DNA from: Burkholderiales bacterium
GTDB lineage: Bacteria > Pseudomonadota > Gammaproteobacteria > Burkholderiales > SG8-39
Reading direction: 5' to 3'
Assembly: GCA_035577785.1 (NCBI GenBank)
Contig: DATLUZ010000052.1
Location: 1,380-65,379, forward strand
Length of the DNA: 64,000 nt
The translations under genes and the position numbers were made by a program. Position 1 is the stretch's first letter, and the number at the start of each line of letters is the position of its first letter. Below, in pieces: positions 27,522 to 37,264 of the stretch. The notes under the pieces were generated by a model that made no database searches, had not been told where the DNA came from, and saw only the letters and a list, made by a program, of their open reading frames with translations.

Positions 27522-29947
27522 CAGTCTTCCCGCACGGCGCGCACCGGTCCCATGCCCATGGCCTCCCTGCCCGACACCACGGCCGTGGCGATCGCGAGCA
27601 CGATCAGGGTCGACGCCAAGGCAAGGAGCAGCAGGTAGGGTGGATGGAGCTCCATGCTCCAGTTGAACGATTGCCGGTTGACGACGTAGACCAGCACCAG
27701 GCTGATGGCACCTCCGGCGACGAGGCCGGCCGCCGCGCCGATGAGCGCGAGCAGCGCGCCTTCGGCGGCGAGCATGGCGCGCACCTGGGAGCGCGTAACG
27801 CCGAGATGGCGCAGCACGCCGAATTCGCGCCGGCGCGCGAGCACGATCGCGCCCAGGCTCGACGACAGCCCGAACAGCCCGACCAGCACCGCCACCGCCT
27901 CCATCGCGTACGTCACCGCGAAGCTGCGGTCGAAGATGGCGAGCGACACCTCGCGGATCTCGGGCGGCGCGGCGACGTCGAGGCCGGCGCCGCCCGGAAG
28001 CGAGCGGATCGCCTCCATCGCCTGCGCCGGCGTCACGCCTGGGCGCAGCCACACCGCCGCGTCGTTCACGCGCCGGTCGCCGGTGAGCGCGACGTAGTCG
28101 GCGCGCTCCATCGCGATCGCGCCATGCTGCCGCGCATAGTCCCGGACGACGCCTCCGACGGTCACCCGTACGCTCTTCCCGTTCAAGGGCAGCTCGATCG
28201 TCTTCCCCGCGTCGAAGCCGTAGATGTCGTGAGCGGCTTCGCTGACCCACACGAGCGGCGGCTCTCCGGGCTGGCGCTGGTGGCGCGCCCCCACGACCGG
28301 AAACGCGCCCTCCGCCCGGTCGCGCGCGAGGAGCGCGAGCGCCGGGCGCGCCGGGTCGAGGATGATGCGGCCGCTGCGCAGGAATTCGGCGCGCTCGATT
28401 TCGCGCAGCGCGCGCACTCGCGCCTCGAAGCCCGGCTCGAGATACCCCGTGTCGCCGGCATGGGTGCTGCGCAGGTAGAGCTGCGCCGGCAACACCGCGT
28501 CGAGCCAGGCGTCCAGCGAATGGCGAAACGACGCGACCATGATCGCCATCGCCGCCATCAGCGAAAAGCTGGCGACGATCGCGGCGAGGCTCACCGCCGC
28601 CTGTCCCGGCGCGCCGCGAAGCTGCGCCACGGCGAGGGCGAAGGAGGTTCTCGACGTGAACGGGATCCGCTCGAAAATCCAGCCTGAAACGCGGGGCATC
28701 AACGCGACCGCCCCGATGAGAAGGCAGCCGATGGCGGCATAGCCGAAGAGCGGCAGGCCGTTCACCGGGCCGAGCTGCGAGAGCCCCGCACCGGCCGCGA
28801 GCAGGGCGAGGCCCGGCCAGGCGCGCCCGGCGCGCTGGAACATGCGCTGCTCGTCGCCCGCCTTGAGCGCCCGCGCCGGCGGCGTGCGCGCGGCGTCGAG
28901 CGCCGGCAAGAGCGCGCCCAGCACGGCGACCGCCGCGCCGGCGATCACGTACAGGCTCGCCGGGATCGGCTGAAAGGCAAGGTGCGGCGCGATCCCGCGG
29001 AGCTGGCCGGCGCCGAGATCCGCGCCCGCATAGCGCAGCGCGAGGAGCGCGCAACCGTAGCCGAGCGCGACCCCGGCGATGCCGCCGAGCACGCCGAGCA
29101 CCGCCGCTTCCGCGAGGCAGAGGCGCGCGAGCCCGGAGGAGCTCAGGCCGAGCACGCGCAGCAGCGCCTGCTCGCCCCGCCGGCGCGCCATTTCGAGCGC
29201 CTGCGCCGAGAACACGAGGAAGCCCCCGGTAAAGAGCGCCACCATGGCGAGCACGTTCAGGTTCACGCGGTAGGCGCGGGACGGATAGCCGCTCGCCTGC
29301 TCGAGCGAGTCGACGGTGGCGACGTGGACCCCGGGCGGCAACATGTTCCTTATGGAATTCAGGACCCGTTCACGGCTCGCGCCGCGCGCGAGGTGCACGT
29401 CGAGCCGGTTCAGCTCGCCGAGACGCCCGAGGCGCCACTGCGCGGTCGAGATGTCGGTGAGGGCGGCGAATCCCTTGAGCTCGCCCACGCCCGCCACTTC
29501 GAGCTCGACCACGTGCTGCCCCACCACGAGGCGCAGCGGCCCCTCGCCGAGCGCGGCGGCAGCGAGCGGCGACAGCAGCACTTTGTCCGGCGCGAGGAGC
29601 TGCGGCACCCCCTCTCGCAGAGCATCCACGCCGATCACGCGGAGGGTCCGTTCGTCGCTCCCGGCGATGCCGGCGTCGAGCTCGAGCGCGGGGTTGACCC
29701 ACGCGACGCCCGCGATCCGCGCGACCTGCGGGAAGAGCGCCTCCGGAAAGCCGCTGCGCCCGCCGCGCACCTGCAGGTCCGCCTCGCCGGCCACCGTGCG
29801 AACGGAGGCGGCGAGCTCCTCCACGGCGGCCCGGTTCACGAGGTGTACGCCGTAGCCGAGCGCCACGCCGAGCGCGATGCCGGCGATCGAGAGCGCCGCG
29901 CGGGCACGCGCGCGGCGCCGGCTGAGCAATCCGAGAAGGCGCAGCAT
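27518..29947 (-). CDS. ABC-type transporter permease with two FtsX-like domains (YbbP/MacB-like architecture)
   Basis: 809 aa with two blocks of 4 TM segments, each following a large extracytoplasmic loop. No ATPase gene is adjacent. Confidence 0.85.
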   Translation of the reverse strand: MLRLLGLLSRRRARARAALSIAGIALGVALGYGVHLVNRAAVEELAASVRTVAGEADLQVRGGRSGFPEALFPQVARIAGVAWVNPALELDAGIAGSDERTLRVIGVDALREGVPQLLAPDKVLLSPLAAAALGEGPLRLVVGQHVVELEVAGVGELKGFAALTDISTAQWRLGRLGELNRLDVHLARGASRERVLNSIRNMLPPGVHVATVDSLEQASGYPSRAYRVNLNVLAMVALFTGGFLVFSAQALEMARRRGEQALLRVLGLSSSGLARLCLAEAAVLGVLGGIAGVALGYGCALLALRYAGADLGAGQLRGIAPHLAFQPIPASLYVIAGAAVAVLGALLPALDAARTPPARALKAGDEQRMFQRAGRAWPGLALLAAGAGLSQLGPVNGLPLFGYAAIGCLLIGAVALMPRVSGWIFERIPFTSRTSFALAVAQLRGAPGQAAVSLAAIVASFSLMAAMAIMVASFRHSLDAWLDAVLPAQLYLRSTHAGDTGYLEPGFEARVRALREIERAEFLRSGRIILDPARPALALLARDRAEGAFPVVGARHQRQPGEPPLVWVSEAAHDIYGFDAGKTIELPLNGKSVRVTVGGVVRDYARQHGAIAMERADYVALTGDRRVNDAAVWLRPGVTPAQAMEAIRSLPGGAGLDVAAPPEIREVSLAIFDRSFAVTYAMEAVAVLVGLFGLSSSLGAIVLARRREFGVLRHLGVTRSQVRAMLAAEGALLALIGAAAGLVAGGAISLVLVYVVNRQSFNWSMELHPPYLLLLALASTLIVLAIATAVVSGREAMGMGPVRAVREDW

Positions 29948-29968
29948 GCGGATTACTATACTGGCTCG

Positions 29969-30664
29969 ATGAAGTGGCTACTTTTCCTAGGAGCGATCTG
30001 GGCCTTGCCGGTTCCCGCGCAGGAGGCGCCCGAATGGTTCGTCGAGACGTTTCTCGACGTGCGCGAGGACGCCGCCGAGGCGGCGAGGGACGGCAGGCGC
30101 CTCATGCTGTACTTCATGCAGGACGGCTGCCCGTACTGCAGGCGGCTCGTCACGGTGAACTGGCGGGAGCCGCAGATCGTGGAGAAGACGCGGCGCCATT
30201 TCGTGCCGGTGGCGATCAATATCTGGGGCGACCGCGAGGTCACGCTCGCCGACGGCCGCAGGCTTCCGGAGAAGCGCTTCGCCGCCGCGCTGAAGGTGCA
30301 GTTCACGCCCACGCTCTTGTTCTTCGACGAGCACGGCGCGGTCGCCTACAGGATCGAGGGCTACCTGCCGCCGCGAGAATTCTCGACCGCGCTCGACGCC
30401 GCGTTTCGAAACTCTCGGAAGGCGGTTTCGGCCGCTGGCGTCGCGGGAGCGCCGTCGGTCAGGAGCGCCTCGCTCGAGGCGCTCGACAACATGGGGATGA
30501 AGCCCGACTCCGTCGGCGCCTTCGATGCCGGCGAGATCATCGTGGCGCGCACCGCCGGGGTCACCGTCGAGATCGAGATCTTGTCCCAGACGCAAAAGGT
30601 GCTCGAGGCGCGTGCGACGAGCGCGTCGGTCCCCAACGCGAAGCGCGTCAGCACCGCCGACTAG
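29969..30664 (+). CDS. exported thioredoxin-fold protein (CPYC) with an uncharacterised C-terminal extension
   Basis: Signal peptide MKWLLFLGAIWALPVPA. LMLYFMQDGCPYCRRL thioredoxin-like active site. About 90 C-terminal residues with no family I recognise. Confidence 0.7.
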   Translation: MKWLLFLGAIWALPVPAQEAPEWFVETFLDVREDAAEAARDGRRLMLYFMQDGCPYCRRLVTVNWREPQIVEKTRRHFVPVAINIWGDREVTLADGRRLPEKRFAAALKVQFTPTLLFFDEHGAVAYRIEGYLPPREFSTALDAAFRNSRKAVSAAGVAGAPSVRSASLEALDNMGMKPDSVGAFDAGEIIVARTAGVTVEIEILSQTQKVLEARATSASVPNAKRVSTAD

Positions 30665-30676
30665 CGCCGATTAGCG

Positions 30677-31198
30677 TCAGGGCGGGGGCAACCCGCCGTC
30701 CTCGGCGGGCTCGGCGTCGGCGTTGCCGAAGCCGGCGCGCAAGCATTCCTGCGCGAGGAGCGCCTCGAGGCGCGCGATGTGGCGCTGCTCGTCGGCGGAC
30801 ATCTCCGCCGCGAAGGCGCGCACAGCGTCGGCGCGCGCGTTCGTGGCGACGTCGTTGTAGAAAGACTGCGTGCGCCGTTCGAACGCGAGCGCGATGGCGA
30901 GCGCGTCGGCGGTGCCGTTGGGCGACGGCGCGGCGCTCACCGCCTCGCCGTCGAAATACCAGCCGAGCTCCCAGCCGGCGAGCTGCGGCAGGTCCCGTCC
31001 CGCCGTGCCCAGCGCGATCACCTCGTACTGCTCGCGCTCCTCGCGCCCGAGCTTCTCGAACTCGTCGGCGACCGCGCGCGCGCCGCGGCCGCGCAGGAAG
31101 CGCTCGAGCTCGGCATAGCGCCGGGCCGCCTCGCGCTCGAGCAGCAGGGAATACGAGAACAGCTCCGGCAGGTTCCTTGGCAGCAGACGCGCGCCCAT
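30677..31198 (-). CDS. ferritin-like (rubrerythrin-family) domain protein
   Basis: Four-helix-bundle-like repeats with E/ExxH-type positions (LLLEREAARRY, GREEREQYE, AFERRTQSFY, ADEQRHIARLE). Start taken at ATG 31198. Confidence 0.65.
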   Translation of the reverse strand: MGARLLPRNLPELFSYSLLLEREAARRYAELERFLRGRGARAVADEFEKLGREEREQYEVIALGTAGRDLPQLAGWELGWYFDGEAVSAAPSPNGTADALAIALAFERRTQSFYNDVATNARADAVRAFAAEMSADEQRHIARLEALLAQECLRAGFGNADAEPAEDGGLPPP

Positions 31199-31265
31199 GG
31201 TGCGACTCCTTGCACACCAATGTACGGGGCGCACATTACGTGCGCCGGGGGCGCCGGCTCGGCGC

Positions 31266-32912
31266 TTATGAGTCAAAGTTCCTAAGCACGCGCCCCGGTC
31301 CGTCGTCGCGCCGCGACGAGTAGTTCGCGCCGTCGAACACCCGGACCCCGTTGACCCACACGCCGTGCACGCCCGTCGGGGCGCGCACCATCCGCCTGCC
31401 GCCGCCCGGCAGGTCGCTGCGTTTCTGCAGGCCGGAGACGCCGACCCGCGCCGGATCGAACAGCACGAAGTCGGCCCAGTTCCCCGGCTCGATGGAGCCG
31501 CGCCGCGGAATGCGGTAGCGCCGCGCCGGATCGCTCGTCAGCCGGCGCACGCCTTCCTCCAGCGTGAAGTGCCCGGTGTCCCGCACCCAGTGCGCGAGGA
31601 AGTGCAGCCCGAAGCCGGCGTCGCAGAAGTAGATGAGGTGCGCGCCCGCGTCGGAGAGAGCGAGCACGCCCGCCGGATGCTTCAGCAGCGGCGCGACGCC
31701 GGCGTCGTCGTTCTGGTAGAGCTTCGCCACGAGCTGCGCGTCGAGCGGCAGGTCGAAGAAGTAGTCCAGGGGATCCTTTTCGGCTTTCCCGGCGAGGAGC
31801 GGAATGGAAACACCGTCCTGCTCGACCTGCGACCAGTCGCCCGAGAAGAGGATGCCGCTCTTCGGGTTGCGCAGATTACCGCGAAAGCGCTCGCGGAACG
31901 CCGGGTCGCGGTAGATGTTTGCGCGCGCGCCGGGCGGCGCCGCCTTGACCGCGTCGAAAGCGTCGTGCGAATAGAGGATGTACGGCTCGCGCAGCGTGAA
32001 ATCGAACGACAGGGGCTGGCAGCTCGTGTGGATGCACACCTCGTGGCCACGCGCAACCGCCCGCGCGCAGCGCTCGTAGTACTGAAGCGCGCGCTCGGGC
32101 TGCGCCTTACTGTACATGGTGAGCACGGTCACCATGAACGCCGGGCGAGCGGTCTCCGCGGCGATCGATTCCATGAACTCGGGCGTGCCGCGCGGCCCGC
32201 TCGCCATGACGAACACGCCGCGCCGCTCTTCGCCCAGCACCCCGGCCAGCGCCTTCAGCTCCGCGTCGGAGGCGATGGTCGAGGGCATGGGCTTTCCGCC
32301 CCAGCCGCTGTGATTCGGCGAGAACGACGAGGCGAAGCCGGCGGCGCCGGCGCGCATCGCGTCGCGGACCACCGCCTGCATCGCCGAGAGCTCCTCCGGC
32401 GTGGGCTGCGCGCGGGTCGACGCGTCCTCGCCCATCACCGCCGTGCGGATGGTGGAATGACCGGCCAGCACGCCGACGTTGGCGTACGGGCGGACTCGCT
32501 CCAGGGCATCGAGGTATTCACCAAAGGTCTCGAAGCTCCAGCGCGTGCCTTGAAGCAGCGCTTCCAGGTCCATTCCCTCTACCACCGACAGATTCTTGAC
32601 CATGGTCTCGCGCAGGCTTGCCGGGCACGGCGCGATGCCGAAGCCGCAATTGCCCAGGATCGCGGTGGTCACGCCGAGCGAGACGGATGGCGAGAGGGTC
32701 GGATCCCACGTGATCTGCGCGTCGTAGTGCGTGTGCACGTCGACGATGCCCGGCATCAGCGCGAGGCCGCCGCAATCGACGACCTGCCGCGCGGCGGAGT
32801 CGATTTTTCCGACCTCGACGATCTTTCCTTGCGAGATCCCAACATCGCCGCGAAAGGCGGGTTTCCCGGTGCCGTCGACGATCGACGCGCCGCGAACGAG
32901 AAGGTCGAGCAT
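31266..32912 (-). CDS. amidohydrolase, N-acyl-D-amino-acid deacylase (D-aminoacylase) family
   Basis: MLDLLVRGASIVDGTG...GDVGISQGKIVEVG...PGIVDVHTHYD (HxH metal site) and family-typical length. Start at ATG 32912. Confidence 0.85.
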   Translation of the reverse strand: MLDLLVRGASIVDGTGKPAFRGDVGISQGKIVEVGKIDSAARQVVDCGGLALMPGIVDVHTHYDAQITWDPTLSPSVSLGVTTAILGNCGFGIAPCPASLRETMVKNLSVVEGMDLEALLQGTRWSFETFGEYLDALERVRPYANVGVLAGHSTIRTAVMGEDASTRAQPTPEELSAMQAVVRDAMRAGAAGFASSFSPNHSGWGGKPMPSTIASDAELKALAGVLGEERRGVFVMASGPRGTPEFMESIAAETARPAFMVTVLTMYSKAQPERALQYYERCARAVARGHEVCIHTSCQPLSFDFTLREPYILYSHDAFDAVKAAPPGARANIYRDPAFRERFRGNLRNPKSGILFSGDWSQVEQDGVSIPLLAGKAEKDPLDYFFDLPLDAQLVAKLYQNDDAGVAPLLKHPAGVLALSDAGAHLIYFCDAGFGLHFLAHWVRDTGHFTLEEGVRRLTSDPARRYRIPRRGSIEPGNWADFVLFDPARVGVSGLQKRSDLPGGGRRMVRAPTGVHGVWVNGVRVFDGANYSSRRDDGPGRVLRNFDS

Positions 32913-32928
32913 GCGCCTACAATACGGC

Positions 32929-33450
32929 ATGAGGTTTCTCGCCGCCATCGCCGTTGCGGGCCTCGCCTTCCCAAGTCTCGGTTTGGCGGACACCGGTGAA
33001 GCGGTCTACCGCGACAAGTGCGCGATGTGCCACGACGCCGGGTCGGACAAGGCGCCGCGCATCGACGTGCGCGCGGACTGGAAAGCGCGCTTCTCCAAGG
33101 GGCGCGAAGGCCTGCTGCGCTCGGCGATCAAGGGCGTGCCGGGCACGGCCATGGCGCCCAAGGCCGGATTCACCCAGCTGCCGGACGCCGAGGTCGCTGA
33201 AGCGGTGGACTACATGCTCGCGCGTGTCGGATTCAATGCCGACGACGTGGCGCTCGCGCGCAGCGTTTCCGAGGCGCTCGAGCGGGTCGGGATCCACGGC
33301 GTGCGCGCCGAGGCGTCCGACGGCGCGGTCCTCCTCACCGGCGTGGCCGAGGACCAGGCGGCCGTCACCGCCGCAGTCGCCGCGGCGCGCGCAGTGCCGG
33401 GCGTGCGCGAGGTTGAGAACCTCGTCGAGCCGGCCCAGTTGTTCAAGTGA
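32929..33450 (+). CDS. exported monoheme cytochrome c fused to a C-terminal BON domain
   Basis: Signal peptide MRFLAAIAVAGLAFPSLGLA. CAMCH heme site with a distal Met region (GTAMAPKAG). C-terminal BON-like block (GVRAEASDGAVLLTGVAEDQAAVTAAVAAARAVPGVREVENLV). Confidence 0.8.
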   Translation: MRFLAAIAVAGLAFPSLGLADTGEAVYRDKCAMCHDAGSDKAPRIDVRADWKARFSKGREGLLRSAIKGVPGTAMAPKAGFTQLPDAEVAEAVDYMLARVGFNADDVALARSVSEALERVGIHGVRAEASDGAVLLTGVAEDQAAVTAAVAAARAVPGVREVENLVEPAQLFK

Positions 33451-33496
33451 AGCCGAGCGGCTAAGATTTTTCGCCACCACAGGGAGGAGGCCCCGC

Positions 33497-34444
33497 ATGA
33501 GAACCGTGCTGCTCGCCGCTTTTTCGCTTGCCGCATCGAACGCGTTCGCCCAGGCGGCCTTTCCGCCGCCGCCGCCGAAAGTGAGCCCTGCCGCCGGGGT
33601 GATCGACATGCACGTGCACTCGCACCCGGACGTGTTCGGGCGCAACATGGACGACATCGACGTCGCGCAGCTGGCGAAGGCCAAGGGAATGCGCGGCATC
33701 CTGCTGAAGAACCACATCAGCGAGACCGCGAGCCGCGCCGCGCTGGTGATGAAGGTCGTGCCGGGCATCGAGGTGTTCGGCGGCGTGGTGCTGAACCGCG
33801 CCGTGGGCGGCATCAACCCGGACGCGGTCGAATGGATGCACCGCGTGTACGGCAGCCGCGGCAAAGTCGTCTGGCTGCCGACTTTCGAGTCCGACAAGCA
33901 CGTCAAGACCTTCGGCAAGCCGACCGACAAGGGCCTCATGGTCGCGCCCAATGGCCAGGTCACGCCGGAGATGGAGGCGATCCTGAAGATCATCGCCCGC
34001 GAGAACCTGCTCCTCGCGACTGGGCACGTGCATCCGGAAGAGGTCATTGCCGTGGTACGCCGCGGGCGCGAGCTCGGCGTGAAGAACATGATCGTGACGC
34101 ACGCCCTCACCAACGTGCCGGGCCTCACCATGGCGCAGGCGAAGCAGGTCGCCGACATGGGCGCGGTGATCGAGATCTGCTTTCTCCAGTTCCTCGCCGG
34201 TCCGAACGCGCCCCTGCCCTTCCTTACCCACTGGACGCAGGTGAATGCCAAAAATGTCGCACAGGCGGTGAAGGAAATCGGCGCCAACAGCGTGGTGGTC
34301 TCCACCGACCTCGGCCAATCCGGAAATATGACGCATCCCGACGGCGTCGAGGCCGCCATCGCCGCCATGAAGCGCGAGGGCATCTCCGACGGCGACATCG
34401 ACATCATGATGCGCAAGAACCCGGCGCGCCTGCTCGGCCTGTAG
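33497..34444 (+). CDS. exported TIM-barrel metal-dependent hydrolase (amidohydrolase-superfamily-like)
   Basis: RBS GGGAGGAGG, signal peptide, IDMHVHSHPD HxH motif. Later His/Asp positions (ATGHVH, VTHAL, VVSTDLGQ). Confidence 0.75.
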   Translation: MRTVLLAAFSLAASNAFAQAAFPPPPPKVSPAAGVIDMHVHSHPDVFGRNMDDIDVAQLAKAKGMRGILLKNHISETASRAALVMKVVPGIEVFGGVVLNRAVGGINPDAVEWMHRVYGSRGKVVWLPTFESDKHVKTFGKPTDKGLMVAPNGQVTPEMEAILKIIARENLLLATGHVHPEEVIAVVRRGRELGVKNMIVTHALTNVPGLTMAQAKQVADMGAVIEICFLQFLAGPNAPLPFLTHWTQVNAKNVAQAVKEIGANSVVVSTDLGQSGNMTHPDGVEAAIAAMKREGISDGDIDIMMRKNPARLLGL

Positions 34445-34517
34445 TTTTTTTAGTTTTTTTGCCGCGCCTTCGGCCTTAAAATGGCGGCAAACCATAATCA
34501 GGCTGCGCGGGACTTCG

Positions 34518-36179
34518 GTGGACCTGAAAACGCTGGGCCGTTACCGCATCGTGGGCGAGCTGGGACGAGGGGCGATGGGCGCCGTCTTCCGCGCGCTCGA
34601 CCCGCTCATCGACCGCGAGGTCGCGATCAAGACGCTGCTGCCGGACCTTCCCGCGGAGGTGATGGCTGAGGTGCGCGAGCGCTTCATCCGCGAGGCGCGC
34701 TCCGCCGGGCGCCTGTCGCATCCCAGCATCGTCACCATCTTCGACGTCGGCGAGCAGGACGGCATCGCCTACATCGCCATGGAGCTCCTGAAGGGGCACT
34801 CGCTGCTCGAGGTGCTCAAGCATCCGCAGCGGCTCGCCTTCGCCACCATCGCCAACGTCATCGCCCAGGTGGCCGACGCGCTCGACATGGCGCAGCAGCA
34901 CAACATCGTGCACCGCGACGTAAAGCCGGCCAACATCATGGTCGACAACGCCGGGCGCGTGAAGCTCACCGACTTCGGCGTCGCCTACGTGCCCGCCTCC
35001 ACCATCACCGGCAACGGCACCGCGCTCGGCTCGCCGCGCTACATGTCCCCCGAGCAGGTGACCGGCGCGCCGATCGACCCGCGCTCGGACATCTTCTCGC
35101 TCGGCGTGGTGCTGTACGAGCTCCTCACCAAGCGCACGCCGTTCGAGCACGAGGGCGACACGACCATCTTCGCGCTCATGAACCGCATCGCCAGCACGCC
35201 GCATCCGCCGGTGCGGGAGGTCGACCCGAGCGTGCCGGCGCCCTTCGAGCAGATCGTGGACCGCGCGCTCGCGAAGAAGCCCGCCGAGCGCTATGCGCGC
35301 GCCGGCGAGATGGCGCGCGACCTGCGCGACTTCCGCAACATTCAGCCGCGCTCGACCCCGGCGCGCCTCGCCCTCGCCGGGGAGCCCGCCGGCGGGCGCT
35401 CGGGCGGCGTACGCGTCGATGCGGTGCGCTCGCAGCTCATCAACGATCTCGACAAGTTCGTCGAACAGTACGACCGCGAGGAGAACGACCGCCTGCGCGA
35501 GGAGGAAGCCCAGCAGCGCAAAAAGGAAGAACAGATGCGCCGCTGGGGCGAGGAACAGGCGCGCGAGCGCGAGGCTTTCGAGCGCTCGCGCCAAGGTGCG
35601 GCGCCGGCCGCGGGCGGCGCAGAGCTCGAGGCCGCGATGCGCGCCGCCCTGCAGCAGCTCAGCGGCCTCGCGCAGCAGCTGAACTCGGTGCGCCCGAAAG
35701 CCGCGCGGCCCTACGAGTTCCTCTACATCGGCAAGCTGCCGAAAGTGTCGATCTCGGAAGCGGCGGTCGAGAGCCAGCCGCGCGCGCCGCAGGGACAGAC
35801 CCTGACCGAGCGAATTTGGCTTCGCTTCCGCATCACCCCGAAGCCCTCCGCGACCGTGACGCTGGTCGGAGACGACATCGAGCGCTGCGAGCAGTATCTG
35901 AAGCTCCTGAAAGTCGCCTATACCCAGCGGGTGCTGCCGAAGGTGAGCCGCAAGGCGGTCCGCGCCGAGATCAGCGTCACCGGCTCGCTGCCGTGCGAGA
36001 TCGAGATGAAGGCCGACTACGCGGCGAACAAGGTGGCTGTAGAGCTCACCAACGTGCGCCGCCTGGGGCGCGTTGCATACCAGCTCGGCCCGCGCGCCTT
36101 CAGCGAGGCGGTGGGCCACCTCGCGCACTACCTCCTCGGCGGCGACGACGATTTCGAGGCCGTCGCCCGCGCGGCCTGA
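34518..36179 (+). CDS. Hanks-type Ser/Thr protein kinase, soluble, with coiled-coil and an uncharacterised C-terminal domain
   Basis: GELGRGAMGAV P-loop, VAIK, HRDVKPANIMV, DFGVA, SPRYMSPEQ. No TM segment. Charged coiled-coil (EENDRLREEEAQQRKKEEQMRRWGEEQAREREAFE), then about 190 residues of no family I recognise. Confidence 0.9.
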   Translation: MDLKTLGRYRIVGELGRGAMGAVFRALDPLIDREVAIKTLLPDLPAEVMAEVRERFIREARSAGRLSHPSIVTIFDVGEQDGIAYIAMELLKGHSLLEVLKHPQRLAFATIANVIAQVADALDMAQQHNIVHRDVKPANIMVDNAGRVKLTDFGVAYVPASTITGNGTALGSPRYMSPEQVTGAPIDPRSDIFSLGVVLYELLTKRTPFEHEGDTTIFALMNRIASTPHPPVREVDPSVPAPFEQIVDRALAKKPAERYARAGEMARDLRDFRNIQPRSTPARLALAGEPAGGRSGGVRVDAVRSQLINDLDKFVEQYDREENDRLREEEAQQRKKEEQMRRWGEEQAREREAFERSRQGAAPAAGGAELEAAMRAALQQLSGLAQQLNSVRPKAARPYEFLYIGKLPKVSISEAAVESQPRAPQGQTLTERIWLRFRITPKPSATVTLVGDDIERCEQYLKLLKVAYTQRVLPKVSRKAVRAEISVTGSLPCEIEMKADYAANKVAVELTNVRRLGRVAYQLGPRAFSEAVGHLAHYLLGGDDDFEAVARAA

Positions 36180-36184
36180 AAGAA

Positions 36185-37264
36185 ATGGGGTCAGATCAAC
36201 ATTATTCGTCGCGCGCCGAAGCGCAGCGCCGCGCTGACGAGATCCGGAGCTTCGAGCGAGAGTTGCAAGCGCTCGAAACGGAGGGTGTGCTCGCGCTGAG
36301 CGAGCCGCAGCGCGCCGCCGTGTCGGCGTACCATCGCGGACTGCTCGAGCGATACGCGGGCGAATTCGATATCGATCGCGACATCGATGCGAAGCAGATG
36401 TCGCTCGGCATGCGGATCGCCTCGCTGCTTGGGGCCCTGGCTCTAGCCGCGAGCGTGTTCTTCCTGTTTTACCAATTCTGGGGACTTTTCTCGACCGCCT
36501 CGCAAGTCGCAGTCCTGCTCCTTGCGGCGGCAGGCTCCTTTGTCGTCACCTGGTGGATCGGGGGGCGCGATGCTTCTGGCTACTTCGCCAAGCTCGCGGC
36601 GATGGTGGCGTTCGCCTGCTTCGTGCTGAACATCACGATGCTCGGCAGCATCTTCAATATCACCCCCTCCGACAAGGCGTTCATCGTGTGGGCGGCATAC
36701 GGCTTCCTGCTGGCGTACGCCTGCGACCTGCGGCTCCTCCTCGGCGCCGCGATTCTCTGCCTGGTCGCGTTCATCGCCGCCCGCACCGGGACGATCAGTG
36801 GAATGTACTGGCTGCACTTCGGCGAGCGACCGGAGAACTTCTTCCCCGCGGCGGTGCTCCTCTTCATCTTCCCCTCGCTCCTGCAGCACCGCCGCCATCC
36901 GGATTTCCCTGCCGTCTACCGGATCCTCGCGCTTCTTGTGCTGTTCCTGCCAATGATCGTTCTCGCAAACTGGGGCGAGGCGAGCTATCTGCCTTTCAGC
37001 GACGGTGTCATCGAGGTGATCTACCAGCTCCTGGGATTCGCAGGTACCGCGGCCGCGATCTGGCTTGGGGTGCGCAGGCAGTGGCCGCACGTCGTCAACA
37101 CGGGGGTAACGCTCTTCATCGTGCTCCTCTACACCAAGTTCTTCGATTGGTGGTGGGAAGCGCTGCCGAAGTACCTCTTTTTCCTGGTGCTCGGCCTCAC
37201 GTCCGTGCTTTTTCTCCTGGTGCTGCGCCGGCTGCGTACGGCGCTGAAGGCGGCGCCGGCATGA
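36185..37264 (+). CDS. polytopic membrane protein, DUF2157-like
   Basis: Starts 5 nt after the kinase stop. A soluble helical N-terminus of about 75 aa, then about 9-10 TM segments. This architecture resembles DUF2157 predicted membrane proteins. Confidence 0.75.
   Translation: MGSDQHYSSRAEAQRRADEIRSFERELQALETEGVLALSEPQRAAVSAYHRGLLERYAGEFDIDRDIDAKQMSLGMRIASLLGALALAASVFFLFYQFWGLFSTASQVAVLLLAAAGSFVVTWWIGGRDASGYFAKLAAMVAFACFVLNITMLGSIFNITPSDKAFIVWAAYGFLLAYACDLRLLLGAAILCLVAFIAARTGTISGMYWLHFGERPENFFPAAVLLFIFPSLLQHRRHPDFPAVYRILALLVLFLPMIVLANWGEASYLPFSDGVIEVIYQLLGFAGTAAAIWLGVRRQWPHVVNTGVTLFIVLLYTKFFDWWWEALPKYLFFLVLGLTSVLFLLVLRRLRTALKAAPA

Noticed and set aside
26532-29054. 840-aa ORF suggesting a giant AttH-like protein
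   Set aside because: Only the last 329 codons (from GTG 27521, with a Tat-like signal) look like a real protein. The upstream 511 codons are an alternative frame of the FtsX permease gene, with Arg/Ala/Gly-rich composition.
34442-34490. The duplicated TAGTTTTTTT tract and TTGCCGC...GCGGCAA inverted repeat after the 33497 gene, as a terminator or the kinase promoter
   Set aside because: The T-runs precede rather than follow the stem, so it is not a canonical intrinsic terminator. I could not place -35/-10 boxes with acceptable spacing (TTGCCG to TAAAAT is only 12 nt). Left unassigned.
34476-36128. 550-aa minus-strand ORF opposite the Ser/Thr kinase
   Set aside because: The plus strand carries every Hanks kinase motif in order. 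The antisense translation is low-complexity Arg/Leu/Ala/His.
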